From: Raillietiella orientalis
Lineage: Eukaryota
Reading direction: 5' to 3'
DNA length: 64,000 bases
Assembly: GCA_036172245.1 (NCBI GenBank)
Contig: JAYWIR010000069.1
Span: 62,001-126,000 of the forward strand
Shown piece after piece: positions 1 through 13,399 of this stretch. A program made the translations under genes and the position numbers. Under the pieces are notes generated by a model, which was not told where the DNA came from, ran no database searches, and saw only the letters and a program-made list of their open reading frames with translations. Position 1 is the stretch's first letter, and each line of letters opens with the position of its first letter.

Positions 1-3000
1 CATTCTTCACTTCCACACTGCCTTCATCCCCCTGTCATCGGCATGACACACAAACCACGTCGAAATCAACAAGACTAACGTCAGCGTTCACAAATGGATG
101 GAGCTCTCCCGTCGGGGAGGGGGCAAAAAAAAATGATCCAAGGGTACAAGGATACGCTCGAATTCAAATAATTTCCCTCCACCACGTGGCTGAAATAGTT
201 ATCATCCTTGTAAATTGCACCTGTATGCGGTCATTACATGCAATCACAAAGCGAGGTGAATTGACTTATGCATCCACAAAGTAAACACTCAAGCTACTTT
301 CACTTCGCGGAGGCTGCACGGGTTGCAGAAATCTTGGGAGCTTCACCGAGACGTTAATGGCATAAGCAATATAAAAAGGAAAGCAGGCAATAAACTGTCT
401 TTTTTTTTTTTTTTTTTTTTTTCTATTACAGTGCGCTTCTACGGGGAAAACTACCCAGCCGAACCGTAGACTCCGGCTTGAAAGGACCCACGGCTACCAT
501 CAAACATTCTTCACTTTTAAAAACTCGAATGTTGCACAGACCAAAGAGACGGCAGAACACTCTTAGTGTCGAAAACACACACACGCCAAGAAAAAAGAAA
601 AACCTTTCCATTATAGTAGTAGTTGACAGGAATATACCCTGAATGCTTTTAGAAAAGGTGAATTAAGGACTTCGAGAAACAAACACTGATATTTAAGGAG
701 AACGTACACTACATCAGAAAAAAAAAAAAAAAAACTAAGAGAGTAACCAGCATTGTGTGTTATGGGTAGGCTGTCCCCAGGACATTTATTTTCTCTAGCC
801 CCTGGTATCAAATTGGAATTGGCACAGTATGAAAAACTTGGATTAATTTGGAAACGAACGGTCCTTACAAAGAACACGGTACATGGGACTGATTAACATG
901 TTTTTTTTTTTTTTCACGAACATAATCTGTTAATCGCTAGAGGTAATAAAATTTCGGCCAATATCACAATTTTGTAGACTCTGGTTTTCATCTCATTACC
1001 CTTAAGTGCCAATATAGCATTCAATCACTGTTGGTTAAGTCATTCACTCCTTTTAAATATTTTTACGTCCTTTTTTGTGAAGGAATGAGGTAATGATAAA
1101 CACTAGATGTAAGTGCAAAGAACCTTTTCACTCAAGAAAACCTATGCCAAAGCATAGGATTGACTTTTCAACATTTTTCTCACTTTTGCCAACGGCTCGG
1201 TTCACTTTGCATTAGAATGCTGCTTCACATACCTTTTATACTATTTTTTTGGGTTCCCTTACCTTTCAAACATAGTTTCGAAGGATTTCTCAATGTATTC
1301 TTTGAATGCACTGATTCCATTCTTTGCAATTCTGATTTAATTTGCAGTTATTCTGTTTAGCTTCTTAGCACTGGTTATGTTTAACAATCGTGCAAGTCTC
1401 GAACACAGTGCAAGGATATAAAATAAAGCACTGAGGTACCGTAAGGAATCACTCGAGTTTACCGCAATCGAAATCTCATAATGCCAGATCGATGCAGTGA
1501 AATAATTTTGAGCCGACCCTTTCAGATAAGAAGTGATAAAACATTCTTCACTTGGTTATTACAAAAATGGAATTTTGATCGACGAATGTAATGCGAGATT
1601 TTCGCAGCTGCATCAAATGTGATCTCGATTTTCACCAAAGCGTAGGTTTCTGCACCACGCATTTGGTAGCCCTAACCCTCGTCTTTTCGACGGTATCCGC
1701 GAAAATGGTCGCACGCGTTCCATCTGGATATTAGTTTTCCCGACCCCAAAGAAAAAGCTTACTTGAGATTTTTCAGTGCACACGAGTCCGGTGGACTACG
1801 TCCGTGTTATGGATGTGTCCACGTGCACAGAATGCGATTTTTCGCTCCGCTTTTTTTTTTTTTTTTTTACATAACCAACGTTTATGACGCAGAAAACACT
1901 CGATTAGTGTTCTGCTGCTCTTGTGATGGAAAAGACGAATCTGCATACGATAATTTAGGGTGCAAGCTCACTGTTCTCTGGGAAAAAGTTTCCCCTCTTC
2001 GCTTGTGCTGTTGGTGGCTGCATTTGATATGTTTTTTTCTTTTCTGTTTTATTTTTGATCACCGACGATCACAGGCGCGAGATGTTCCTTTCATCCCTAT
2101 GCCTTCTCATGCCATCGGCTAGCAATGGATCAAACCAAATGAGCTCAAGGTCAGCGGACGGTTTTAGCCTGTTCGAAAAGAATTCAACTTTCTCTTCTGC
2201 TTTCTGGAAAAGTCAGTTTTGCTTTATTTGAAGCGAGAATTCTCTCGAATGATTTTATTTAACGGGCATTTCCATTCCCGATTGGCTTCCCGGGTTTCCT
2301 TGGGTTTCTCGGCTGTGTTCGGATGCTTCCTAATCTTTGTACCCTCAGCGAACTGGAGCATCCAACTCAGTTTTTCCTCTATCGCAGGAGAGTGGATGGA
2401 TACTTTCTAGCAGACTTGGTTCAGTAGGCTCGAGTTCTCATCCGATTCGGCTCCCGGTAAGAGCATGCGCTTGCTTCATTAACTTCATTGCTTTATTGGT
2501 TTCCGTCTGCCAGCTTTCTGCCGCGGGTTGAAGCAGACAGTTGATTCCTTGATTTTCGTGATCTGCACTTCTCTAAATGTCCACTTCCATTTTAATTTCC
2601 TTTTCTTTTTCTTAGTGGGTGATAAACTGCTGTTCCTTTCCTTTGTCTTTCTTCGGCACGCGAATCTTCTGAATGTCCGGTGGATGGTTCGTTTTCTTTG
2701 GCTCTCTCGAGCCAAGTGCAACGGCAGCGACTTGTGCTTCGTGGGTCAGCAGCCAAGCTAAGCGTGGCGAGCGAATAACTCCGAGGGACTGCGTGCGAAG
2801 CGAGAAAGAGGATGCGGTCCCGCAGGATGATCGGTGGCCACCGCGGGGAAGATGCAGAGATGCGCGATCTTTTCGAAAATTGCGCAACGGCTCTCGACTC
2901 GGCGAGCATTCCAACTTGGAGAAGTCCGCTTCCAGATCCCTCTCGAGTCATCTTGTAGAAGGAGGGGGACCTTTCAAAAACTGTGGAGCAGAACTCAGAC

Positions 3001-3354
3001 GGAGACCCGACGATGCACTTGCTCTGATAGCGCGACGCCCTGTCTTGGCAGCAGACGCGAGCAGGAGCGATGGTACATCTTCCCTTTCAGTGGAAGTTTC
3101 ACTGATGCATCCCTCCTATTCTCAAAGGGCCGTAAAAGTTTCGGGTTCCGTTTCGTCGCTGACGAGTCCAGAAGCTAAAAGAGTGCGTTTCCCTGTCTGA
3201 ACCGGAAATTTCCACTTGGGAATTCGCTGCTCCCCTTCGCAGGATGAGCCTAGGACGGCGTATCCAGGATAATGAGGAGAAATTAAAGGGGACACAAAGG
3301 AACGCAGCCGTGTTTCCATGGTTGCGATGTTTTCTTGAAAGGATGATGTTTATC

Positions 3355-4846
3355 CGCCCCCTGCTTGCGCGCCGTTGATAAACCAAACTGAAGATGCGAA
3401 ATCGAGAATTCAGTCGCTGACGCAATTCTAATTCGAGCATCCTCATGTCAGGAACGTTTGGACGTCGGGGAGATGCAGAGTCCGACAGAGCCAGGATGAG
3501 GAGGGGAGATCGGCCCGGGATGATACGCGAGGAAGGAAAGCGCCTCCGGCCTGGACACAGGCGCATGCGCAGGAACGAGCTCCCTCGTCGGAAAGCTCCC
3601 GGACCAGAGGAAGACCACGATCCTGCGAAGAACGGCATTGCATAACAGCGCACTTCCTCTTCAGCACGTCGAAGTTCCAGACTTCCCGACGTTGCGTTCA
3701 CCCCGCGCGGCCCGGTTTTCCATTCTTGTACGAGCAGCGCCCACCAGAAACCGCCATCGACCAGTCGCGCGCAAGATGAGCGGTGTAGGGCATGGCCACT
3801 CGTGCAGTTCCTCAGCATCCGGAACGGGAAGATCGTAGTCGAGAGGCACGACGACGGCGATCGAGGGGACCGCGCGCGAAAGTGCGAGCCAGTGGGCTCC
3901 TCCTTCGACCAGCTCTCCCCAGGAGCGACTGGATACGAGGTGACGAGGAAGAAGCGGTCGGGAGAGCGCCCCTTCCTACCCATATGAGTCTTGCACTGAG
4001 GCACCGGAGCGTGCAAGAGGGAGAGAAGAGAGAGAAACGCACGGGATTGACTCTCTGTGTCGCCGATAAGGAAGTCGCAGCATCCTTCGGAGAGGTCATC
4101 GAAGTTCCCAGAGATCTGAAGTTTCGTAAGCGACGGATGGAGATGGAGTCGGCAAGGAGGAAATCGCGCGCGCTCTAGCGTGGCCTCCCCGCTCGAGGGT
4201 TGAAACAACGGGGTCTGCGGATATCGGTTCGTGAGACCGCAGCCTCGGCTGGAGGGTGGTCGGGGAAGAGGGTGAAGGATGCCCTAGTCATTCTGCAGCA
4301 CATCCTCTGCGGAGCACAAATAGGAATAACGTTCTCAGGAGGACAACTGGAGCAATCCTGGTGTCCCGCATCGGAGGCCGCGCGGCTGCGGTCTCGGCTC
4401 GTGGCACCGAGCGTCGAGGGTTCCCGCCCGGGGGAAGGATCAACGCTGAGGAATGGATGCGTCGTGGGTTTCGAGTCCCCTCCCACCAGATGATGCTGGT
4501 TGGCCTTGTAGGCTTCGGGTGCGGCATGGGTCAAAGCCGTTGATTGGTCCTTCCACGGATCGGTTGCGAAGATGGATCCATTTCCCCCTCGGAGAGGAGG
4601 GATCCTCTATCGAGTACCACGGAGCTGGTGGATTGATACCTCTCCTGAGTGTGAAGTGCGCGCTACTCGCTGAAGGAAGGCTCCCTTCGGAGAAATCGGG
4701 AAGCGTCCCTTCGGGGTTCTCTTCAGAGGAGGAAACCAGGAGCGGTTTCCTTGAGAGCTCCCTCCGGAGAAGAAGTAATGAGGAGTGACTTCTTCCGGGA
4801 AGTCCATCCGGAGGAAACAAGGAAGAGGTTTTCTTCGGGATTTCCC
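3355..4846. repeat. 1.49-kb inverted duplication, copy 1 (partner 44978-46479)
   Basis: Reverse complement of 44978-46479, with about 3 substitutions seen and one 10-bp indel (GAAGGACCCC duplicated in copy 2). The ORF track shows identical ORFs on opposite strands, e.g. 3792-4178+ vs 45656-46042-. Confidence 0.97.
4371..4846 (+). mobile_element. tRNA-derived SINE family copy, 3'-truncated, inside the duplication
   Basis: Colinear with 23325-23877 and 59873-60379 (GGCCGCG head, GATGGATCC...GTACCAYGGAGCTGGTGGATTGA body). The B box is degenerate in this copy. Confidence 0.6.
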
Positions 4847-4850
4847 AACC

Positions 4851-5900
4851 TCCCTGGAGGTTGGAAATAGGCTAGATGGTGCCCATTTCTCTGGCTCGGG
4901 AAGCACCTTCCAGCAACTTCCTCGGGATTCCTTTTAAGCATCGCCTTTTCGCCTTCGAAGTGAGCCGGCAATTCCTCCGGCCTGACTCTCAATCTCGAAG
5001 TGGCTGCAAGGGAGACAAGCAGCGGACTACCAGCTGCAGGGTCAAACGATCCATCCCAAGAGCGCTTTTGTGACAGTGTGGCAGACAAAAAGAGAATTCT
5101 CTGTTCTGCGTAACCACAAAGGGAACAAAAGACAGCACTCTTCTCTCTAAGACTGAAGTTCATTTGCATCCAATAAGTGAAACAGATGTGAGCTGCACAT
5201 TCATCCCAGAAAATCCAGACGGAAATAGTCCTGGAAACCAGCAAAGAATAAATCAATCGCTTTACAAAATGTTTAGATTGGATCCAGGATCCCAGCTACA
5301 GCTGATGAGTGCCGCAGCAGTGCGTTGTTCCTGGATAATTTCGATTCTATGCAAATGGGTCTTCATCGCTGAATGCAGGAATGAAAAACAGATGAATCAA
5401 TAGATGCTGCGCGCCATCTTATCGAATAATTCTGTATATATCCTGGAAAAATATTGATGGTTCCGAAAGCAATCGTGATTTCTTGGAGACGGATCTGGAT
5501 TTAACAGGGTTCTTAGGCACATGTCTGGACTGCTGCGGAGAGGAAAGCAAATCCTCGAGACGGAGTCTCGCACTGCTGGTGTTTCCAGTTTATACGCATG
5601 AAATATCTTTCAGTCGGTAGAAGCATCCCGGGAAATGAGTGAAACATCTTTTTCTCACACCATTTCTTCAGACCGATTTGAGGAGCACTGGACCATTCTG
5701 CGCTTTTGCTTGCTGAGACACTGCAAGAGCAAAAGATCTCCAGTGACAAACAGGAGCTCTTGAGAACCCACTTTGCTCAGAGATGGGTGAAGTTCTGCGA
5801 TGAAGCTCAGCCGAAGAGCACGATACGCAAACTCCTGTATACCATCCTCTCTATGGGAGCACGCACAAAGTCCATGCACATTTTCGAAGTCTGCGAAACG
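4851..5900 (-). mobile_element. Highly degenerate RLE-type (NeSL/Utopia-like) non-LTR RT region
   Basis: Minus-strand frames give weak matches in the expected order: IGLKKW..(GV.QG region), FAFLSAAV (FADD region), WIFWDEC..F..MNF (W..LDALKTF region). Many stops and frameshifts. Confidence 0.35.
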
Positions 5901-6318
5901 AGATAAAAGTGTATGTGGCGAGGTGACGTCTGACAGCGTTTCCGCTGATGACGCCGGACCTTGTCCACTGACATCAAGCGCCCTCGTGCCTTGTTTTGTG
6001 GATTCGCATGCTTGCGATTTAGGAACTTGTTGACGGAGAGAGAACCGCTAATGTCACTGCAAAGGAGTATTCTCCTCTGCGTCCAAAGAGAGGAGGATGC
6101 TCACTGTCACCATGTACAAGGCTCATGGCTACATGAAAGTGCGAAGAGTTGGGACAAGGAGTCATGCTGCTTGTAAAGCAAGGAACTCATGGGGGTTCTG
6201 GCTGGTCGCCTGATCGAAATCTCCCAGATCTGCTGCAGTCCTCATTGAATCACCTGGTGCAACGTGAAAGGTACCGGTACACGCCATCTAGAGCTCGTGT
6301 TACCAAGCATGAACTGTG

Positions 6319-7232
6319 TACGAGGCGCATTTCGAAAGTAAGATCCGATCGGATATAGAGGAAGAACAGATGAGAGAAACAAAAAAACATGCATTGGCGA
6401 TTCGAAAAACATACATCTCCTTGTCATTTTTCTACGTATACCAGTCGATTCTCACCGAAGTGATGCGTGGTCTGGAAACTCACTCAGCTTTTCTCTTGCA
6501 AAGGTGCAGTTTTCGACTCCTCACTTTCCTCGAATCGTTGAGCCACCTCTGGAGGTGTAGGAAGGAAGGAAGACGTGGTAGTTCACTGGGCAGAACTGCA
6601 AGGTGAGTGGCCAAGAAGTTCCCATTTGAATTTCCGAATTGTCTGGAATGGGTTAACGGCATGTGTTGCCAAGGCGCGCGTTGTCGTGAAGGAGAAGAGC
6701 AATTCCCGATCTCAGCATTCCACGTCGTCGGTCCTGCTGAATGGCACGCCGCAGTGTTGAAAGTGTTCCTACACAGAGTGGACTTGCGAAGTGGTGGTTG
6801 TTCCAGGCTCCGCAAAGTCCTCCAAAAGCACACACCCTTTGGGTCCCACACACTGCTGTCCGCACATTCCGGACAATTCGGAAATTCAAATGGGAACTTT
6901 TTGATCGCCCAGTCCCGACATGGCGCCCAGTGACTACCACGTCTTCCTTCCTTCCTGCACCACCAGAAGTGGCTCGACGATTCGATAGGGAACGCGAGCA
7001 GTTGAAGACTGCAGCGCTGCTGAATTGGTTGTACTCCCAGGAAGTGGAATTTCCTGCGGAGAGTTTCAAAAAGCTTTTTCCACGGTATCAAAAGTGTTTG
7101 GAATAAAAATGGTGACCGCGTGGAAGAATGACATGGGGATTTCTGTGTTCGGAACCACCAATACATTTTGTTTCTCTTGTTTGTTCTTTCTCTTATATCC
7201 GATCCGCCCTTACCTTTGAGATGCGCCTCGTA
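6319..7232. mobile_element. Non-autonomous mariner element made of two inverted 3' transposase halves, TA-flanked
   Basis: TA-CGAGGCGCAT at 6319 and ATGCGCCTCG-TA ending at 7232, with long imperfect terminal inverted repeats. Minus strand reads VWDPKGV and LRRAIQQDRRRGMLRSGIALLLHDNAR (mariner catalytic-domain motifs). Plus strand reads FKWELFD and NWLYSQEVEFPAESFKKLFPRYQKCLE (mariner C-terminus). Confidence 0.88.
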
Positions 7233-8449
7233 AATTGAGATGAGGGTGCGCCATGAATGAGCACGGTCTCTGCACTCAAGTGAAGCTGCAGAAGTCATTT
7301 ACGTAAAACAGGATGGAATGGGAACCAGATCTTTACAATCTTCCCTGCGCAATCTCCCCAAGGACGGATGCAGCCAATGCTCGAACTTGAAACTGGACCT
7401 GAAAAAATCATTTCACGACTTATCAGATCCGCTGCTTGCTCAGCTACACATCAGAAGCGCATGCACCAGATTCTCGCCGAAGTGATGCGCGGTCTGGAAA
7501 CTCACAGCTTTCCTCTTCGAAGGGTGCACACCCCAACTGGCCACTATCCATCCGCCTCGCAGCCCCGAACATGTTGGAAGTGTGACGAGAAATCAAAGCG
7601 GCCGCTTGAGAACGTTTCAGGTATTCGTTTTATCCTATCGCGTCTCCTCTCAGTGCATTCGCAGCGGTTTCTACAGCTGACCTTCACTGCGTCCCTCGTA
7701 CGTTTTTTGTTCACCCTTTTCCCTTTGAAAATCTTCCTTAAGATACGTCAGTATTCCCTCTAGGGAACCGGAGTTCATCCTAATCCAACTCTTATCTTGA
7801 ACTTTACTACACTCCTGTGAATAATCCCTCTTTGGTAGGTACTCGCAAATTTAGCAAATTAGCGCTTCTAAGTGCTTTCAAAATCCGAATGTTCCTAAAA
7901 CTCTTAGCTATCTACTCGAAGGATTTGGCTTTTGGTACACATGGAGACTGCCTACTACAGGATGAGGTATTTCAGTGGACCTCATGACGAAGTGTAGCTT
8001 CTATTGATGTCAGAGAGAGAGTGACACTCGCTGTTTCCGCCCCCGTTGCAGCCAGAAACTAATGTTCAGGAGTTCTTCCTATTCCAGGAACTGTGGGCAA
8101 TAGAGGCTCTTTGAATCACACAACTCAGAGAGCGATAGGATCCTGAAATGGTTCCTTTCCTCTGCTTCGTTCTTGCCGTTTGTCTTAAAACCCTTTCTGG
8201 GGCATGAAAAGCAAGTAAAAGAGCAACAGTCGCTGTGACAAGTGGTGACGTCTTCAGCAATAGGGACAATAGATGCGTTCCTGGTTACTTGTTCTCCTTC
8301 TGACGACTCGGAGATTTTCCATCTTCCCACCTATCCACTCTGCCATCTTGCCTATTCTTTTTGTCTCATTTTGTGATTTCGAGGCTTCTATTACGAGCGT
8401 CGACCCATTCTGCGTTTTCAATAGCATTTCAGAAGTACTTGATATTCAA

Positions 8450-11400
8450 GCACCCGATTTCTTTTCCTCCGTCCGAGTCCTGGGAGTTTTCAATTCTTCC
8501 GATACGCCGCTGTTGTGAGATTGCCCCACTTCTCTAGAATGAAGTGTAGAACCAGTCCTCGATATGTGCAGTCCTTCCAACGTGCCTCTTCCAATTAGGC
8601 CAATGTGTGCACGTCAGGAAAAGCGACATCCACTATGATCAATGTTTTTTCTCCCTGGAACGCTAGATGAACTGACTTTAACTTCGCGTTTCTCCCCTGG
8701 GTGATCTGGCCGGGGGCTATGAACTTTCGGCATTTTAGGGTTGCCTTCTTGGCCTAGACCATTGACCTTTGATTTTACTCACACTCATTATTGGATTATT
8801 GACGTGCCTGCTGGGGATATGGCCTGAGTGCTATTCGCATTTTGGTCATTTCCTGCATGGGCAATCAGCACCGTCCCTGCCACGCGATAACATCACACGC
8901 AGAAGGTTGAGCCAATCTGAACGGAAAAATCTATAATCTGTAAATTGAAAGATGGCAAATGTCCCGAAGTTCCACGTTGTCCGATGCCGAATGTGGTCTT
9001 CTCCCATAGTTTTCCATACGCGAATAGGGTGGTAGAGACAATTCTCATAGGCAACGCGGCATTGCTGGATCACCCATCAGTCTATCAGGCTTGCTTGCAG
9101 GAAGAAATCAGTTGCACCGACTGACTCTCCAGGAAAATCCACGATCAGCATCTTTCTCCAGAGGAATTTTGGGAAATTGGCTCCTGCGTGCGTGAATACA
9201 TATGATGTACTTGGTCTCTGCAAATGTGATAAGCGCATACCTCAGCACGCAAGCGTGGATGGATACCCAGGAAACTACCAGAGCCAAGCCTCGAGCCCAC
9301 CATCCGGGAAACAGCTTATCTAACTCTTATCTTGGATCGGAAGAGCATCGGTTCACCTTCTTTTCTTATTAAATGGAAAAAACCCTCGTAGTCAGCTGAA
9401 TGGACCGTTCTGCCTTGGAAGTGTGAAACTTCAGATCGAAGAGAGTGACTGAAATGGAGTTATAGATAGATATTCACGGCGTTACCTAGCCCGTAGAAGC
9501 ACTGGTTTGCTAGGGAGACTTGGACATGGTGGACAATCGTTCTAATTTTCCTGACTGCGAATGGCCAATGTCCTTCAAAGAGAACTGCAAGCCGATGGAG
9601 ATGCATTGGTCTGAAGAAAAGAAAACCTTTAGGGCATCCAGTTTCCACCGGGGGGGGGTCCACAGTCCATCAGGATTTGCTCCCTGAAAAGTACTCTCCC
9701 TAGCTTGTCGATCCCAAACGGCTTGCCAAGGTATTTGCACGCTTAAGACGTCTCGAATGCCCCGCATGGTTTCTTCAGGGAGTCCTTGATCCACAAGGCG
9801 AACGGTGGCGAAGGCTTGGCTCCACAGATGAGAAGCCTTTTCTTCTTCGAGCTCCCAGAGTTGCTCTTGCAGCTTTTCCGGTCAATAAGTTTCTGTGAAC
9901 ATGCTGAAAATCCTCTCATTCTACCCACTTTTTGGAATTTATCCACTTTAAATAACTGGCTCGGCAGTTCTGAATGAGAAAACCCTGAGATCCATGGTCT
10001 ACATCTCCTCTCTTCATACCATACATGTGATGAAGCCTCTTAATCAAAAGTGCGAAGGTCGCCTCGAAGGCCATGTCGAAATCGTGTAGTCCGACACACG
10101 GTCCTTGCAGCATGCCTCTTCTCCTTCCGCTCTCGAAATTGGAACGCCTGAAGGCAGTAGGCACTGGGGTCCCGGGTGACCACTTTGGAAGCGCGCCCAG
10201 GAGCAGCTCTTATGCCGGCCTCTGGAAGACCTCCTGAATGACTGGACGCAGCGGTCCCGGATCGCCGTCACATCCCTTCCCACAGCTCTGCCTGCCCTCA
10301 GGGAAAATGATGACAGCGGCCAACCGGCGGAATGAGAGTTCTTCTGCACAATCTCAGGAGTCGAGAAACTCCTGGACGGCTGCAAGACATGCGAGTTGGC
10401 GGATGCCGCCGCTCCTCGTTCCCGGGAGAAGGGACTCCTTCGGTCGAGCGACCTGCTCGGTGTGCCCCCCTCGAAGAACTCGCGATCCCTGCCCTGCGTG
10501 CGGACACGCTCCCTGTTCCCACTGCGTTGGCAATGTTGAGGAAGTTCTGCTGTTTCTGCACTGAGGATTTCGGTTCAAGACATCTGGTTTCCGGGGAAGT
10601 TGCCTCCTTGAACTGTTCCAGGCGCAGGGCGATACAATCGTTCCCTGCAGATCCTGCTGGACTGCAGTGTCCTGGAGGACATGTGGTGGAGACTCCCTTC
10701 AATGCCCCATCAACCGCAGGACTCCCTCCGTTTCGGACTTGTTGCAGCGCTTCTTCACTCGAGGTGGGCTGACGTCGGGCGCTGTGGTCGCAACGGGCTG
10801 CCGCATCCACGCCATCCTCACAGTCCGCTCCGTGATGGAGTGTCGTTCGCAGGGAAGGGAGGCCACCTGCATGGCAGCCTGCTCCGTGAGATCGGCTGCA
10901 AGGTGGCCTCACCCGTCAGAAGAGGTCGTCAGTGAGATAACCGCCATACGCAGCCGCATCTTGAAGGAAAGGAACGAATGAAACCAAAGGCCCCTGTCCC
11001 TACGCTCCTGTCTCATTTTACTTAATCTTTTCTTCTTCTGTTCCCTACTTTCTTAGAAGTCGACCTGCATGCCCGTGGTCATCCCCAATGAATTGCTTTT
11101 TTTTTTCTTCTTTTTTCGAGCATCTCTGGTATTCAAGGGACGTTGTTCCCCTCTGACTTGAGGCTGATTTTTTAAATAAACATCCCGGGGTGATTCGTAG
11201 CAAACCAGCATGCCTCTTTCAGCTCTGTCTGTGCGTACTTGTCAGGGAAAGTGACTCCACCATGACCTCTCTCCCTTCTATCTGGGACACTAGATCTGGC
11301 TTTAACCTTTGATTTGTTCCCTGGGTGGTCTTGAAAGCAAATATGGGCACAGAGAACCCACGAGCACACCCACTTTCGTCCGGCCCACAGGGACGTACCC

Positions 11401-11500
11401 GGCTGTTTCCTCTGCCTGTGGATTTCTGTTGCAGCGCATCCACCCTTCATGGATCTTCAGGATGCAAGGGAAAAAACGGGAACTTTATGGTGTTGGAACT
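8450..11500 (-). mobile_element. Degenerate NeSL/Utopia-like RLE non-LTR retrotransposon, interrupted by an insertion at 10121-11205
   Basis: Minus-strand motifs in canonical order: HDFDMAF (RT3-like), KYLGKPFG (RT7), WKLDALKVFF, FTDYRFFRSDWLNLL (FADWRFIHRARLNLL-like), IIVDVAFPD (RLE). Confidence 0.65.
10121..11205 (+). mobile_element. 5'-truncated L1/Tx1-like LINE 3' fragment with 13-bp TSD; near-identical inverted partner at 16382-17420
   Basis: Translation ISGVEKLLDGCKTCELADAAAP...RSAARWPHP aligns with 55277-56200. AATAAA at 11175. Direct repeat CAGCATGCCTCTT at 10108-10120 and 11206-11218. Confidence 0.8.
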
Positions 11501-11544
11501 GGGCTGCTGTGCCAGCGTTTCGTTTCCTTAATTCTGTGTCACTG

Positions 11545-12150
11545 ATACTGTAGCGTTACATGACGACTACTTGGCATTGAACTATCATTTCATACACTAC
11601 TGCACTTCTGCTTGATGTACCACTGTACGGTTATTACTGTAGTACATATATTGCTACTCTGCAATATTCCCTGCATCTGCTTTATGACATAGTATTGACT
11701 TTGTATAATAATTTAAAGTTTATGCGATATTTAAGGTAAGAATAACGAAATGAAGCATAAGTATGTTCTGGTTTTTGCAAATGTTAGTGCATGTACAGCC
11801 AAAGCGCACACCAATACAGTATACAATAGCACTTCGTGTGGTGCAGCGGCGCTACTGTTCCGATACTCCATGCGCATGGACCCCCATAATCACTGCAATG
11901 CTACGACTTCCATAACCCTCCTTTAGTATTCCATAATGACCATTGTACTCAAATTACTACTACTACAAAACTAATGCCGGTATTAGCAGCGTGTAGCATT
12001 ATGGGATTTGTTTTATCCTGCTACTACTATCCTAGTAGCATGCAAATACTATTATATCAGTGCTATACTCTACTACAGCTGTTTCTCCGCGCTTACTGCT
12101 GCTAGTACTATACATCTGTACACGACTGCAACCGTAATGATAGAATGGTA
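11545..12150. repeat. AT-rich low-complexity island with degenerate (TAC)n
   Basis: Abrupt drop in GC content and repeated tactac/ctact motifs. Confidence 0.5.
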
Positions 12151-13399
12151 CCAGCTAATAAAACGTGCGCTCGGTTGCCCAAAAGACCATCGGTGGCGCC
12201 CGAGCCACCCCAGGTCGGAGATGCGGCCGAGCAGAGGGGGCTGGTGGCAACCTCCGTTTGGTATCCCCGGGTGTCGGTCCCGCCGCTGCTGTAGTGGGAA
12301 GAGCCAGGGCGCGAAACCTTGCCCTGAACCCTCGCTCGCCTTCAAGCGCGGGTGCGCCATCATCGTCGGAAGAGAAGAGCTGAAGAGCAGCTGCAGAGAG
12401 ACTCGAGCTCCCTGGACCAGACTCTCGCTTCCCGAGATGGGTCTCTCCCGTTTGATAGGTCGGAGGGAAGTGCAGGTGCCCCTGAATGGAGGAAAAGAAA
12501 GAGAAGGAAAAGGTAGAAGGAGAGGACGCCCTTGTGACGTCACAAGGTCGCCTTCCAGGAGCTACGAGATGGATCCCGCGCGAAAGTCACGCGGTAGCAA
12601 CACCCCGTCCATCCACCTCGTGACCAGAGAAAGAGGACTGCGCGCCTTTGGTACCAGGTCGGCCCCGAGAGCACTGTTTCCCGCTTCCGGGAGGCTCCTG
12701 CAGCCTCCTGCGAGATAGAGTGGGCATGAGCTCGGGGATCCCGAGGGAGATGCTCCTCTGACTCCCACTCCTCTCCCTGTAGCCTTCCCAACGCTGATTC
12801 CTTGGCATGACCCCTGCGGAGGGGATACGTTGGATGAAGCAGCATTCCCAGACAGCAGCGCTTCCCATGAGATGCGGAGGCGGAGTATGCGGAAAAGGGC
12901 GACTCGTTTCTTCCCCACGGACCCGGAATGGTACATTCGTTCATTTCTCTTTCAGCATCACGTCCGGAAGGTCGACCGCCGGCCCCTAGGCGAGCAGCTC
13001 TTGAGTACTTGGTGTCCTCCGTCATGTGAGAATGGCACCTGTTGCACGTGGGTCCTCATCGCAAGAAGAGCAGCGCCGTCTCCTGAGTGAAGAAAGGGAG
13101 GATGGAGCCGATGGAGCTATCCAGGCACAAGAGAGGTAGGCATCGGCTCTTGCTGAGGTAGGTCCCGTACGTTTAGCTCATCAACCCTTCCTCTCGCATC
13201 CTCTAATTGTCTTGACCGCCATCCATCCACGGAGCGTTGCTGGTAAACTTACATCTTACCGGTTAGTCACTGTCATTTCTTTCCCTAAGGCAAACCTGAG
13301 AGGCAGATGCATGGGTCTATTTCTTTTCCTGCATCACCTCTCAGGGAAGAGTGCCTTTCAATTCTTAGCCCAAGCACCCGGAGGAGAAAGAAGGGCAGC

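Noticed and set aside
1..3350. Genes in the AT-rich start of the window, including ORF 2673-3200
   Set aside because: No recognisable protein motif or consistent exon chain.
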